Source of the DNA: Callorhinchus milii
Lineage: Eukaryota
Assembly: GCF_018977255.1 (NCBI RefSeq)
Contig: NW_024704747.1
Coordinates: forward strand, 27,962,001 to 28,026,000
Length of the DNA stretch: 64,000 bases
Direction of reading: 5' to 3'
Below are positions 24,823 through 38,600 of this stretch, in pieces; position 1 is the stretch's first letter, and every line of letters begins with the position of its first letter. The notes below the pieces were generated by a model. That model made no database searches. It saw only the letters and a program-made list of their open reading frames with translations, and had not been told where the DNA came from. Both the position numbers and the translations under genes were made by a program.

Positions 24823-27800
24823 CGCTCTCTCTCTCTCTCTCTCCCAACCCCCACCCCGACTCTTTTTTTGCCTCCCTCGTGTCGCTCTGAAGACAGAAAT
24901 TAGCAGATTACGTGAATGAGTGGGTTTGCATTCCACATGCGCAGAATCTCTGCAGGCTTGAATCAGGCAACCTGTGAGCATTGGCCATTAGCAATAATTA
25001 ATCCACAACACGACGGACATTTAATTCCTGTTTGCGCACAGAATTTCACAATGGCAGTGGTCATTCACCCCACGGTCCCGTGTCCTACATCCAAACAAAA
25101 AAAAACTTATCTTTTATTTTGATTTCATGGAAACCTATTTTAAAAAAAGGGTATTTTAAGCAGAACACTCCTGTAAAGTCGATTCACTTGACAGTTGTTG
25201 TTGACAGTATAACGACACGATAAGGCACTATATCAAATACAAGGATTATTTATTGTAAATTACTTTGCATATTCTTATATCGTCATCGTTTGCTACTAGA
25301 AATAGAATGCCCCATCCTATGCTGCTGCAAAATATGTGCTATCAGCATTATTCAACCCATCCTTACTTCCTCCAAAGCAGCAGATTTGATGGCGCTTGTG
25401 TGTGGAATGCGTATATATTAGAACAAAGCTCAGTTAATGGAGTCAACCATTACACAAACAGACTCTTTCTTACCTGAGATTAAATCTGGAATACTTGAGC
25501 CATTAGGTATTCTTTCATTGTTGCTGTAGGTATTTAAGAATTGATTGAGCAATTGGAGCTGATCGACTAGAGATAGCAGGTGGTCTTAAAGTGGATGAGG
25601 AATAATAGCTTCTACTACACCTAGAATAAATAGACTAAAATGGTCACTCAGTCCATGACTGTTTGTGGGACGCTGCTGTGCGCAATTCGCCCACAAAATA
25701 CGCAGTCAATCCAATTTGTAGTACATTCTGTGAAGCGCTTTGAGATGTCTCAATGACATGATAAGGCGCTATATCAAACGCAAGGATTATTATTCATATT
25801 ATTTTGTTTTGTAAGTTTCCTTTGTGTTTTTTTTTAAAAAAAAGCTATTTTTCATTCCAACCACTTTCTTGGATTCACCCCAACCTTAAGATTGTGTTGT
25901 TGGTGAAATGCCGCACCCTTTTTTGCCGGAAGCCAAAACTGAGTACATGATTTTAAGATCAAGAGTGGAAAGAACTCTGCAAGAGAAACACTGAGAATTC
26001 AGAAAAGAAAAGAAAGGGTCTCAGACTCTCAGACTTGAACGGCCGGTTTAGGGGAACAATAACAATGATTGGACTGTACAGAATACTTTCCTGATATCCT
26101 CCAGAATTGAATCTGATTTGATGTAGAAATTGAAAGCTCTCACACTTTAACTCAATGACATTAACTATAACCTTTTCAAGTTTTGCTTTCACTCTCTTAT
26201 CTGTGTTACACAATAAGAGTTTAAAACCTCTCTCGGTTTCAGTATTACAGTAAAAGAGGCACGTATTGACTGCTACGTAATAGTCATGGATTATTGGCAG
26301 TGAGCGGTGTCCATTTGTGGGGTAATTTTGGCAATCGCCACAGAACTTACAGTCAGCGATTTTGAATTTTATACCAAATTATGTTGTGCCTCTGCATAAT
26401 GGTTTAGTGCTGCGAGTGAGCAAAATATGTAACATCTGCTGTGTGTCTGCGTGAACTTCACTACTTTTGAAGTTCCTTGCTTAGACATAATTCTGTAATA
26501 CCTCCAGCCCACAGCACTTCATCTATCGCCTTGACTGGCAATTTGACATTGTTTAACGTCGGGTCGAGATTCCTCCTGTTATTTGAGTCTTCAGGAAACT
26601 GCATGTTCTGTCAGAAAACATGTCACGACTGTTTGTGGGGACACTGCTGTGGGTAATTGGCTGCCGCGTTTCGCCCACACAATACACAATCAATTCACTT
26701 GACGGCATATTCTGTGAAATGCTTTGAGACGTCTCTATGACGTGATAAGGCGCTATATCGAATGCAAGTATTACGATTATTAAAAACATATCCAGCAACT
26801 CGAGTAATATAAACCAGGTGTGAATTCCAAGCCAATAAATAATAAACATTTTTCTGAACTTCATGAAACAAAAAAATGTCTAGTTTCCCTCTGCTTTTAA
26901 CAAGTCTGAAAATGTTGTTTTGCATGCTACGGCTTGATGCTGGAGCTAGAATTTATGATCTGCTTGCTTCCCAAACTTAAGTGGTTCTGCGCAGTAAACT
27001 TTTTTTTCTGTATAGAGTAAATAGTTTTATCAAAGTGAACTTAAATTCAATAATCTGGAAATTGGATTTCACTGATACGATCAACAAACAAAGAGCACAT
27101 TGTTGCAGCTAACCTGTTGACTGCCTGCATTATGCTGCAGTACTCTCAACTGGGAGTCAATCCAGAGTATGGTATTTGCCCCCCCACATGTAGATCTGAA
27201 CCCGACGAGGATTTGTTTCAACTTTCTTGTTGATTAGCTCCAGTCAATGTTTGTCAATTTGAGGTGGATAGATTTTTGTCAGGTCAGGGTATCGAGGGAT
27301 ATGGAGCAAACACAGGTAATTGGAATTGAGGCCCTGATCTAATAGAATGGCAGAACTGGCTCGAGGGGCTGAATGGCCTACTCCTATTCCTATATAATGA
27401 TCAGTCCTAGGACCGTGATTACTACGTGGCTGATCCTTACTGGTACTGGTTTTCGATTGAGTCAGCAGACAGACTTACTTACTGAAGGTTAATGATCTAC
27501 CATTAGTTTAAAAATAAACTGAGCCAGACCCTAGTGTTACAAAGGTTGAGAAGTACTTCTCTAGGATGTCTGATTCTGTCTGGATAACTCCCATTAAAAT
27601 GTAGTATAGCATGGATTTGTAGTCTGTATAAGCACAGATCAATATTGATACACGATCATCAACATTTGAGCACTTGAAAGATGTGATATTTATGCAGCTT
27701 CCTTCATTGTGAGAAAATATTAATGTTCTGCAAGACTGCTCAATCTAATATGGATGCTTTATCATCCTGTATGGACATGAAAGAATGAAGGTAGAGGACA

Positions 27801-27959
27801 GGTACAAGTTGGTACAGGATCCTTACACAATATCAAATATCAGGATTATTATTATTATTACTCACTCCCTGGTCGGTGTAGATCTGTCAATAATTGGGAG
27901 AGGGTGTGGTGACTGGTTATTGCTGGTGTTATCTGACTACAAGGTGAAATAGCTTCAAG

Positions 27960-28350
27960 ATAAAGGCATAGCTCAGTGTAACACTAAGCTGTAGAGGTCA
28001 CAGGTTCAAATCTTGGTCTTTGCTGAGCCATCTGATCTCCAATGGGGCAGTAATTATGCAATACTGTTGACCTTAATGATCTGGATTAGAGAGAGGAAAA
28101 TTAGTCATTAATTAGTTGCTGATCACTATGTGGAGACTTCCTGCCGGAAGGTTTATGTGTGTTGAAGTTGGGAAGGACAATATCAGGCTTGATTGTGATA
28201 TCCCCTTGAAATATCAATAAATATATAAATATCAATGGTTCTACATGAATAATCATCATCACTTGGGTGAGGTACAAGAGGAGACCTCAGTACCTGTGGA
28301 ACCATACCCCAGGAGAAGAAAAGGAATCACAAATTCTTCAGGGAGGAGAA
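27960..28350 (+). mobile_element. Ancient tRNA-derived SINE (AmnSINE2-like), near full length and highly diverged
   Basis: CAGGTTCAAATC..GGTCTTTGCTGAG..CTGATCTC...GAGGAAAATTAGTC...GGACAATATCAGGCTTG..TGTGAT...CACTTGGGTGAGGTAC..CCTGTGGAACCATACCCCAG is colinear with four other copies in the window. The family name is from memory. Confidence 0.6.
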
Positions 28351-28924
28351 AGAGAACATGAGAGGAACAAAATTAGCACCAACATTAGAGATAAAAGCAA
28401 GATTGATCTGTTTGAGGAGAGCATCTTAATCTATCATTGGACCTTCCCATTTGAAAGTCACTGAAGTGTATTCTATTTTATTTTAAATAACTGGCTTTTC
28501 CATAATCCTACAGCCTTCAGCCTTTGTACTAAAGAATGTTGTTGGCAAGTTTTGGTTCTGCTTCATGTCTGAATTCTCAAATTTCATACAAATGTATTCT
28601 GAGCAACACTTTGTAGAGGATAGTGCCCACTAATACAGGAAACTCTGAGCTCAGAAGCTGTCATTGTCTCAACTAACGCACCATGGTCCTTAACCAAATC
28701 TAAAATCAACGGATAGTTACAGTGACTTCCATATGTTATCTGGAAGCACTTTAGAGATTGTTGGCAAGGGCTTCAAATCTTCACCTCCAGGGAATCCTGG
28801 ATGAAACTCCCAGATGGTGGAAAGCTAGAATTAGCTTTGGGATCTTCTTGGATGAGCCCAATCTATCCTACTCATGAAATTCTTGAACATTAAGGGAATT
28901 TGATTTCACGAACAGTTCTAAAGC

Positions 28925-29065
28925 ACAAATGGCCGATTTTATCTGGAGCATTTTTGGCCAAGACATCAGAAGGATCTGTCTTCTTTTTCGAATAGTGCCA
29001 AGGGATCTTTCACACCCATTTGGCTATACAGATGGGAAATGGGTTTAAAATCTGATCTGAAGGAA
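28925..29065 (-). mobile_element. Deu-domain SINE fragment
   Basis: TTCGAATAGTGCCAAGGGATCTTT...GGTTTAAAATCTGATCTGAAGGA is the reverse complement of the 35535 element. Confidence 0.7.
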
Positions 29066-29324
29066 CAATAGCTTTGCAACAACTGAAACTGGATGCTCGT
29101 CAGAGGATGCCAGTGTTGCATTGATCATTCAGGCACTTATTTATACATCCTCAATCATATTCAGATTCCTATGTGCTTGAGGTTAATAATCCTTGCATTT
29201 CCTTGCATTTGATGTACACCTCATCCCTTTGTTGAGGTATCTGAAAGTGCTTCAGAGAATACAGAGTGAAGTGGATTGACTGTCTATTTTGTGGGCACAA
29301 AAATGTTCAGAGAAGAAGCCAATA

Positions 29325-29465
29325 CCCTCAGGAAGGATTCCAGGAAATTGGATCCTTGGTAAGGGATAATGCATTTCCAATACTGGATGGTAGAATGCAG
29401 ACTGGAAAACTGTTTCAAAGATGTACGTTTGATGCTCTTGAGGTAGGGATATCCTGTTCTGTTGA
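29325..29465 (-). mobile_element. Decayed CR1-like ORF2 fragment
   Basis: Minus strand ..GYPYLKSIK..LHSTIQYWKCIIPYQGSNFLESFLR loosely matches LGYI.RSI..LEYCVQFWSPY..D...LE. Confidence 0.35.
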
Positions 29466-31027
29466 AGTGCTTGATTATGTGACTCACGTTTTCCATGAGG
29501 ATCTTCAGTTGTAGCTGTTAAGAATGTCTTTGGGGGAAAGAACCCTCCTTGGGGAAGAGGTTAAAGAGACCCTGGTAAGTTTCAAGGAAGAAATGAACCT
29601 ATTTCAAGAGCAAACTCAAAGCGGTGGACAATTGTGGGAGCATCAGACAAATCGCCCTCTTAAGGCAAAAAAACAATCTCCAAGGATCAAAGAGGCTCTT
29701 ATGTGCTTGGGTTAAAGTAACCAGAACAGAAGGTCAACAGTCGCGATTCTGAGATAGTTCAGCCGTTGAAAAAATGTAATCTTAAAACAAGCTGTTCTAC
29801 CTTCAATGGGGAATAGATTCTTGGCAATACAGAAAATCTGCTCGGTAGATATATTATGACAAATGGACGCCGTTTGTTTTATGGTGTCAACACAATGAAT
29901 TTCCAGTCATAAATTGTTAAAATGTCTTAACCCTATTGTATTGTTCATTCACTGCCTTATGCCTTGTTCCGTTCCATTTGCTAGCTATTGCCATTGTGCT
30001 ATTGTATCCACATGTAATGGAAGGTTTAGGGAGAACATTACTGGTGTACTGACCGGCCTATAAAAAGGGACCTTGAAGCTGAACCTTAATAACAATGTAC
30101 AAATGGGGTGTGTATATGCACCCCACCACACATCTGATCAAAAGAACTACTGTGCCCTGGGTTAGGAAGCGGAAGATCAGCTGGAGTTCTTGATCATGAG
30201 GACTATCCAGGTATCCATCAAAAAGAGTGGATGGATTCAGTCTTGTTGGCATGGTTTCTTATGCAGTGTAAGAGTAAGGAAGGTCATAGCACTCTGGGTT
30301 CTGCTGAATTGCTATGGAGGTGGACTTTCCTTCAGGCATTTGAGGGATAAACTCTATTCCAAGAATAAAAGAGACCCTACTGAGAGTAAGGAGGCAATCT
30401 TGCTTGAAAGGAGTATTTTACCCTATTTTAACAGTGGTGTGCTTCAAGAACATACTTGTTCTAGGAATGTGGTTCTGGCAAGAACGCATTGCAGGAAAGA
30501 ACAGCACTGGTATCCCATGGTGCTGAACTCACATAATGTGCCAAAATGGGGTTCTCCACAACATGACATGCTTCAGCGAAACATTGCAAGTTACTGAAAA
30601 CAACTATGCAATTGTACTGCCCTTCAAAAAATGCAACTCGTCTTTAAGAAAGTCAACATAGTGTGTAGTTCCACTCTAGATAGTAAGATTTATTGTTGGT
30701 TCGGTACATGCAGGAGAACACCAACAACCGTAAAAATGTGTTTGAAGTTTTGAACTTATTTGCTTTGAATTTATTGATATTCAATAGGTTGCTGGGGTTG
30801 CCTATATTTCACGGAATTACATCTTCAAAAGCCAAGCTGATTTGCTTACCATTTAGATGTACAATATAAAATTGTGAAACTGTTTCACAAAGTTAAATTG
30901 TATGGTGGCTTTACCTTCAGTAAACTAGAGGTCTAAACTGGAGCTGGATTGAGTATCAATATTGACCAGTGAAAAGAACTTGAATGAGATCTGGGGAAGG
31001 GTTGTAAATGAAGCCACTGTTACAATG

Positions 31028-31132
31028 GGGGATAAAATTTGTGATGTTTCACAATGCCTTTCTTGTGTGAACTATGACAGGGAATGCGTTTAGCACAAAG
31101 AACATGTTGTGAAACATTGCAAATTTCACCCC
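31028..31132. repeat. About 105-bp fold-back (MITE-like) element
   Basis: Arms 31028-31072 and 31088-31132 are imperfect reverse complements (GGGGATAAAATTTGTGATGTTTCACAA / TTGTGAAACATTGCAAATTTCACCCC). Confidence 0.75.
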
Positions 31133-32307
31133 AAAGTTTCTAAAACTGGTGATTGTTTGACAATCCAATCGGATAGTTCATTAAAGGAAAAGTTAGGATT
31201 GCGATCAACCAAGATATGATGTTTCTCTAGTATGACCCTGATGAACTCATAAATAAGCCAAGTACTGTATGTACTGAAGAGATGGTACCCCAAGGAAAAT
31301 ACAGTTCCATTAGTGATCCACCCTGATTCGATAGCATTTAAGACAAAAGTGAGTTTTCCCTTGACAAGAATTTGTTAATGGTTAGTCAGTTAATAGTTCC
31401 TGGTCTGCACACTTTAGAAATGTTCACAACAAATTTTAAATCCTGCTGGCAGCCATGTTCATAATAATATAACAATAATCCTTGCATTTGATATAGCGAA
31501 TCATCAGGTCGTTGAGATGTCTCAAAGCGCTTCACAGAATATGCTGTAAAGTGGTTGACTGTGCACTTTGTGGGCGAAACGCGGCAGCCAATTACGCACA
31601 GCAGCGTCCCACAAACAGTCGTGGATTGAGTGTTGTATGCTGTAAACCATCTAAAAGTGTTTACTCTGCCTTTGTGAGTAACTGTCAGTAGTGAATAAGA
31701 TTGAGTGCATTGGAAAAAGAAGAGTAAACGGGCACAGAAACACTGCTCAGTTGTATATTTTAAAAGGAAATTACTACGGGGAGAAAACTGGCATTGATAA
31801 TCACATTCATTCATCATCACAACATCCAACTGAGGTACTGAATGTATTTAGGAATAATGCAATTTTCGCCCTTATATATTACGCTGGATTGTGCCATAAT
31901 CTGAAACATTAGAATAGAGAGACACTGATAAGGTATTAGAGGGAAATTTCTCGGGACCCATCTCAGCGTTTCTCAGACTAATTATGGTCTGCTTTGGAAT
32001 TGCTGTTACTTGGAGGCCGGCTGGGAGCAGACATTTTGTGGAAACCTTCCCCATCATGTGACATCATGGAGGGGACAGCTGGTTGTGGGCAGATCTCTCG
32101 GTTTATCCTCTCACAGGAGCTGACTTCATCATGTTGCAGCTCAGCCCACTCTACCCTTCTGTACAGAGACCTCTGCATTTGGAAGTTTTGAGCAGTTTTA
32201 TCTTTCCCCGATGACATGTGTGGGAGTGGGATAAGCAACAGTGTGGCCTGTCCAATTATTTTTTTCCCTTTTTTTAATAATAATAATGACAATAATTCAT
32301 CATAATA

Positions 32308-32648
32308 CTAATAATCCTTGCATTTGATATAGCGCCTTATCACGTCTTCGAGATGTCTCAAAGAGCCTCACTACTGTAAAGCGAATTGAATTGACTACAT
32401 ATTTTGTGGGCGAAACACTGCGCCCAGCAGTGTCCCACAAAGAGTTGTGAATTGAGTGACTAAATTATCATTATTATCTCTTTTTGAACAAATTATCACC
32501 TCCGAAAAGCCAATCAACTAACAACCAGGTTACTACTTACCGCTAGTTAAACGGTTGTATCTTGGATTAAGGAGATTTGCCTAACGTTTCACCCTGCCCG
32601 GCAATCGAACCCCGGACTTCTCGGTCGCGAGACGAGTGCTCTGACCAA
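32308..32648 (-). mobile_element. tRNA-derived SINE, near full length (long variant)
   Basis: Tail from 32308, central segment, and head with GGGTTCGATTGCC at about 32600-32648. Confidence 0.88.
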
Positions 32649-35534
32649 TATGCTAAAGGACTGCCCAATGCATCGTTGAGTAGTTCAAGTTTAAAGAATG
32701 ATTTGTTTCGCAGTTCAAAATAAGATACGCGGAAATTCTGCAGCTTTGCGGTGTTTTTTTTAGTACGATAGTAGGGAGGTGTTCAGATAATGGAGTTCTA
32801 CATTGGCGTAAAAGTTTGCGGGATAAATTTACCACCAGGAGTTAGTCACACGAGACATTAGCTTTAAAAAGTGGCGTGCAGACAAACAGCTCAGAGTAGA
32901 AGCTATTTGAACATGCTGGTGTTGCAGATTATAGAGACGGTGGGTGGAAATACCTTCCAAGTACAATCCTTCAAAAAGCTGCTTAACTTGCTGTTGCTGT
33001 AGAATGTTCCTAACCTTGTGTAACGGGCGTGGCATATGTGTGTCCACAGGGTGTTTTGATGAAAAAGACAAAGTACATAGTGACAAAAATTCTTGACATA
33101 GTCCACATTGCAGCGAAAATCGGGAAAATTGGGATCTTTAAGTAAAACCAGAGCATAGGGAAATCTTATCTTTAAACTGGTTTGATCATACAGTAACTTC
33201 TCTTTAAGAGGCTTTATCTGATTTATAAATGGAAGAGGGTCTAATGATGTGTGAATGCCACATGGGGAATTCTACTGGACACGCATGTCAAGCGATGATT
33301 ATTTTTAGCGATTATTGTAAGAAAAATCCCCTTTTAAGGTGAATCAGCTCTGCTGATAAAATTCTGCAGAGTGAATTGACTGAATATTTTGCTCACAAAA
33401 CATACAGTCAATTCACTTGATGTATATTCTGTGAAGTGCTTTGGGACGTCTCGAAGCCATGGCAAAAAGCACTATCAAATGCAATGATTATTATTATTAA
33501 TATGGCTTCCTGCAGGACAATGCAGCAGATCTTGTTTCCAAGTAGACTACAACTAAACCTAGAAAGAGTCCTAAATAATCGATACATTCGATACAGCATT
33601 TTACCATCTCATCGAGGCATCTCAAAGCACTTCACAGGATCTGTAGTCAAGTGTGGTGACCATGCATTTGTAGGCGAATGTGACAGCAAATTTGCGCACA
33701 GCAGTTGTCCCACAAAAGCAATGACCCACACTCCCTCAGTAGATTACCGCGGCTCTGATTCACTGATACTAGTAACCAATAAACAACCATTTTTTAATGT
33801 TGAATTGTTTTACTTATTTTTGGCTTGTTTTACATTGTGGCTGTGGCTTACATTATACCAAAGCGCATTCTAGTGAAATCTACTCTCTTGACCCAAAGGG
33901 ACAAGCTTTCTTTTTGCAAAGCTTTGCAAAACCTTCAGTCGCACTAATTTGTCTGTGAAGATTCCTGATCCCCGAAAGATTGTGGAAACGGTCAGTTTCT
34001 ATTTGCATTAAACGGCTTTTTCATGCTGGAGCGTGCCTGTGTGCTCAAGTCTGGTTTCCATGGAGCTGTGTTACGGTTGTCGGCAGAGACCACAAAAAGG
34101 GAGTTTAAAGGGGTGTTAGCACTCTGGCTACAGATTACTAATGTCATCTTTACCAATTCTACAGGGGAGTAAAGTACGGGTGTCTTAATTTAGAAATGAA
34201 TGGCGCAGTGTCGTCAAACAGAGGCTGGTCATAGCGCTGTGATACAATGGGATATCATTCATAAGCGACATGCCTATCAGCCCTTCAACCTCAGTTTTGT
34301 AATGGTTAACTTGCTGGAGAGTTGAGTATAGAGTTAGGAAGGCCAGACTTTGTTTCTTTTGGTTTTCATCATATGATTTTGAAATTGGATGCTGGTTCCT
34401 TTGTTGCTCTGACTGAATGCTTAGAGATGAGTTTTGTTTCTTAACGTAACCAGAGACGTCCTTGTCTTCCAGTGACTATCAAGGAGACTAATGCTATATA
34501 AGAAAGCCGGCAGTTTCCAGGGGAAATCTTGACAATTAAGTGGGAAAACAGCTCAAACAGTGTTTATCCCAAGCTAATTCTTTCCACCGCTGTGCGCAAT
34601 TGGCTGCAGTGTTTCGCCCACAAAATACAAAGTCACTACACTTTAAGGTATATTCTGTGAAGCGAATTGAGATGTCTTGAAGACTTGATTAGGTGCTATA
34701 TCAAATGCAAGGATTATTATTATTATTATTATTTCCAGGGCTATTTCTTTCTCTGTTTTCTGAGTGAGAAATGTGAAATGATTTGATTTTTTTCCAACCT
34801 CAAAATGTATTTCATTTTTCAATGCGTTCAATGTTTTAGAGACTTCATCATTATACTTTTCTAATTAGGAAATCCATTCAGGGGATTCTGGAGATGAGAT
34901 CCCAAAGTGCGCTGGTTAAAAAAAAAATCTTGATCATCATTTTCTGTTACGTCACAAAATTCAACCAATTAAACATCCATATCCCTCAAATTCACGTCGC
35001 AGTGGTTCCAACCATATGTTGCATCTTTACCAAGAAAGTCATAAATTCGTGTATCAAGCTGTTTTTGCCTGTAGAATTCTAAGCAACTTGAAGACAGGAG
35101 CGAAATAATGTACAATTATTAGCTTACATAGCTACAAACAGAAGCCTTTTACAGAAGCGTCAAAGATTTTCACTGATTTTTCTGGGTACTTGAGCACTGA
35201 CCGACTGGCAGATGTTTTATGACACTGGTGTGTATGTCCCTACATTGGGTGTCTGTCGTTAAGTGTTGAATGGTGATTTGTGTGCTCAACTGAATTTGTT
35301 CAGTTGCCTCATTCTGGCGGTTCCGAGCATATTCCCGCCTCGACTAGAGTGCCAGTTTACAATTAGTCGCATCCTGTAATTAATTGCTGAAGATTTTCAA
35401 AAATATGTGTGGGGCAGAAGATATCTTTTGGAGGCAGATTCTGTTTTGTTTTCACAGCCGTTGTTGATTCCAGTTTGGAATTTGTCTTTCCTTTCAATAA
35501 ATCTAACCCTCTCGGTAGGGTAGGATGCGTATGG

Positions 35535-35690
35535 TGATGTCCTTCAGATGAGATGTTAAACTCAGTTCACGTCTGCCTGTTCAGGTAATCTTTAAGATCC
35601 CGTGGCACTATTTGAAAAGAGAAGGGAGTTTCTCCCAGTGCCATAGCCAAAAATACCCCAAGTAAAATTGGTCATTTACTTAATGGCTAC
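35535..35690 (+). mobile_element. Deu-domain SINE fragment (SacSINE1/AmnSINE1-like)
   Basis: CAGATGAGATGTTAAAC...AAGATCCCGTGGCACTATTTGAAAAGAGAAGGGAGTTTCTCCCAGTG matches the Deu domain as I recall it. Confidence 0.75.
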
Positions 35691-38600
35691 CACACTTCAT
35701 GATAAACTTTCTTGTTTGACTACCTCTGCTTGTTTGTCACTCAGTCCACCTTTAGGATTCCCTTTACACTTTGAATTTAACATTTGCCTTTGCCACCCAA
35801 GAATACGTGTAACATTTCTCAATGTATTGGAAGGTTAATAATCGAAAAGCACTATCTACTAAGAACACATTTGTATCAAACCTGTATTTCTAGCCTGTGC
35901 TTAGCTAAGGGCTTAATTGCTCTGTGCCTATTCAGTTATAGGACTGAGATTTATGTGACACCTGCATTAATCTAGTAATGTAGCGTAGCAATTGGTGGGT
36001 TTAAAAAAAATGAATTATTTATCTCTGATAAATGCATGTCGAAGCTCACGAACAGGAATTATTTTAGTCTTCATAGAAGGATAGCTTTGAAATCAATATA
36101 ATTATCCCGGTGAAGATGAATATTAATAATAATAATCCTTGCATTTGATATAGCGCCCTATCACATCTTCTAAACGTCTCAAAGTGCTTCACAGAATATA
36201 CTATAAAGTACTGACTGTATATTTTGTGGGCGAAGTATGGAGTAGTTTCAGCACGAGGCATCTGCCGTGAACCCAGATGTTCATTCAAAATTGGTTTAGG
36301 ATCCAAGAGAACAAAGCAGCTGATAAGACCTATGGATTGTTAGTGGATGCTTGTGATGTAAACCCATAGACATACCACACCCAGAGAGCTCTCGTAAAGC
36401 TTGCGAACACTGCTCGCGTATTGGACAGCAGAGATGACAGCTTACCCCTGCCCTGATATCGGGATCATAGTAAAGTTCAGAGACTAAAGCCTGTAACTGG
36501 TCTTCCACTATAAGAGCAGATGGGCTCTCAATTTATTACTGCAATTAAATGGGATTAAAAGAACAAATCTAGGTTTCCTATTACCACTGTTTAAAGCACT
36601 GCTTTTATCAGTTCAGCCCAAATACCCTTAGCTCCATGGAGAGCCCTCTGACCCACAGCAGACTCACGGAGCTCGGCATCCTCTTATCTAAGAGCATTCT
36701 GCGCCCTCTTCAATCATTCCATAATCCAGGGATTTATCAGGGTCACGTATTTGTGCAACTTGGCAGATAAATCTGGTCCTGAACCATGTTTAAACTAATC
36801 GTGAGATTGAGTAATGTCTGTTCCCCACCCACCGCATGCCATTCAGTAACTGAAAGATATTGTCCAATTTGTTTTCCAAGGTACATATGCACATTATGTA
36901 TGTATTATACTGTGTGTGTGTGTGTGTGTACATGCATAATAACAAGAATTTACATCACATAGCACCTTTCACATCAGGAGAACATCTCAAAGTGCTTAAC
37001 TTGTATTTGACTGGAAGACCTAACTGGGAGCGGTTGAGGCGGGGAAAAGAATCAAATTGAAAGTATGATCAATTAGGTCGATCGAATTGAAGCCAGGTCC
37101 ACTCGCTTGCAAGGCGAGTGCTCTAACCAACCTGCTACAGGCCTCCACTCTGGGGTTGGGGGGGAAGTTCATATCTAACAGCGGTGAGGTGTGCGCATTG
37201 GAAGAAGGCTTTCCAATGAGGCAAGTAAGTAAACCTGGGTTGCTCCGCTCTGGTGGCTCGTCTTTGTTGAGAATGTTTTATGTTAAGAAGATTTCTCAGG
37301 CTTTCCCTTGCGAGACTCAATAGGGGACAGAAAGTTCACGGCTACGTTTTGACCAGGTTGATGGAGTTTGACAGGTGGCGTCACGCATGTATGATCTGGC
37401 AAAACTCGCAGCTTACTTGTGTGAAGAGTTTATCGGGTGCTTCCAAAGGTCCTTTGAGTGACATTAATGAGTTTGTCTGCCTTGGCAATGCCTATGAGCA
37501 ATTGGGGAAAATGAAGACCGTGCCATAGTGTCATTAGACACACCCATGATGTACATTTGAAAACACTCAATAAAAGCATCCAAGTTGACAGACTAATCAC
37601 ACAGTGAGTGCAGTTTTGTGTTTGTCACCATTATTGGCTCTTTACTGACTGCTACTAGAGCAGTGAGAGTTTAAATAGACTCAGCAGTCCTAGTTTTCCA
37701 AAAGAATTGTCATAGATGCCAGTAAATTGATTTACTTCACATTTCGGGTAGTTATTCTCACTCCTTGTCAAACATTGAGTTTATTATTAGCGAGAAAAAA
37801 AACTACCAGTTATTCAGCCATTGAACGCCATACAGGGAATGTGACTCATTGACTTCTGAGGTCTGAGTTGTAAATTATTAACAAACATCAAAGCAGTAAA
37901 AGTTAGTGTAACACTGTGTTAAATATCGCAAAAGCTTCAGGTTTTTTTTGTTGTTGTTGCTGTCTTTCGGCAGTTCCTCTCACAATGTCTGATTGTACTT
38001 TTTATATTCTTCTCTTCTGAAGGCGTTTTGACTCCTTTGTGGCTTCTCATGCTGTGCAGCACCGCAGAGGCTTAGCTTGGTTACAGTCTCCGAGAATTTC
38101 ATTCCTATTTTGATGACTGCTGCGTATTAGAAGGAAAACCGCAATTGATTAAATGTCGCAGTTTCTCCGTAAATCTAATGACAGTGCAAGAATGGGAAAA
38201 TAGAGGAGCTTGAGAAAGGCTCCCAAGTCACTGCTACAAACAAATTAGCACCATGATCAATGCCGACAGTGTTTAATGCTTTGGCTGCCATGCTTATGTT
38301 TTTGCGGGCTAATTTATTTTTGTTCAGAAACGCTCGGTGGATATCACACGATGTTGGTGACCTCAGGGAGTAGGGGGAAATGTTGTGTTTATAGATGTGT
38401 TCGGAGAACAATAGCTGGATTTCGAATCCTTTTTAAGGTCTGTGTCAGGAGCTGTGTGGCAAATACAAATAGGATTGTGGCTGGAATATGTTACCCTGGG
38501 AAATGGTGCAGAGAGTTACTGTGATGGGGAGGGGTTTCATCTCTTTTGGTCCTGCTACAAGGAACTCCTTCCTTGGTATTCTCCTCTGATGCAGTTTCTC

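Noticed and set aside
24334-24919. ORFs with poly-I and poly-Y runs
   Set aside because: These are translations of the (ATT)n microsatellite.
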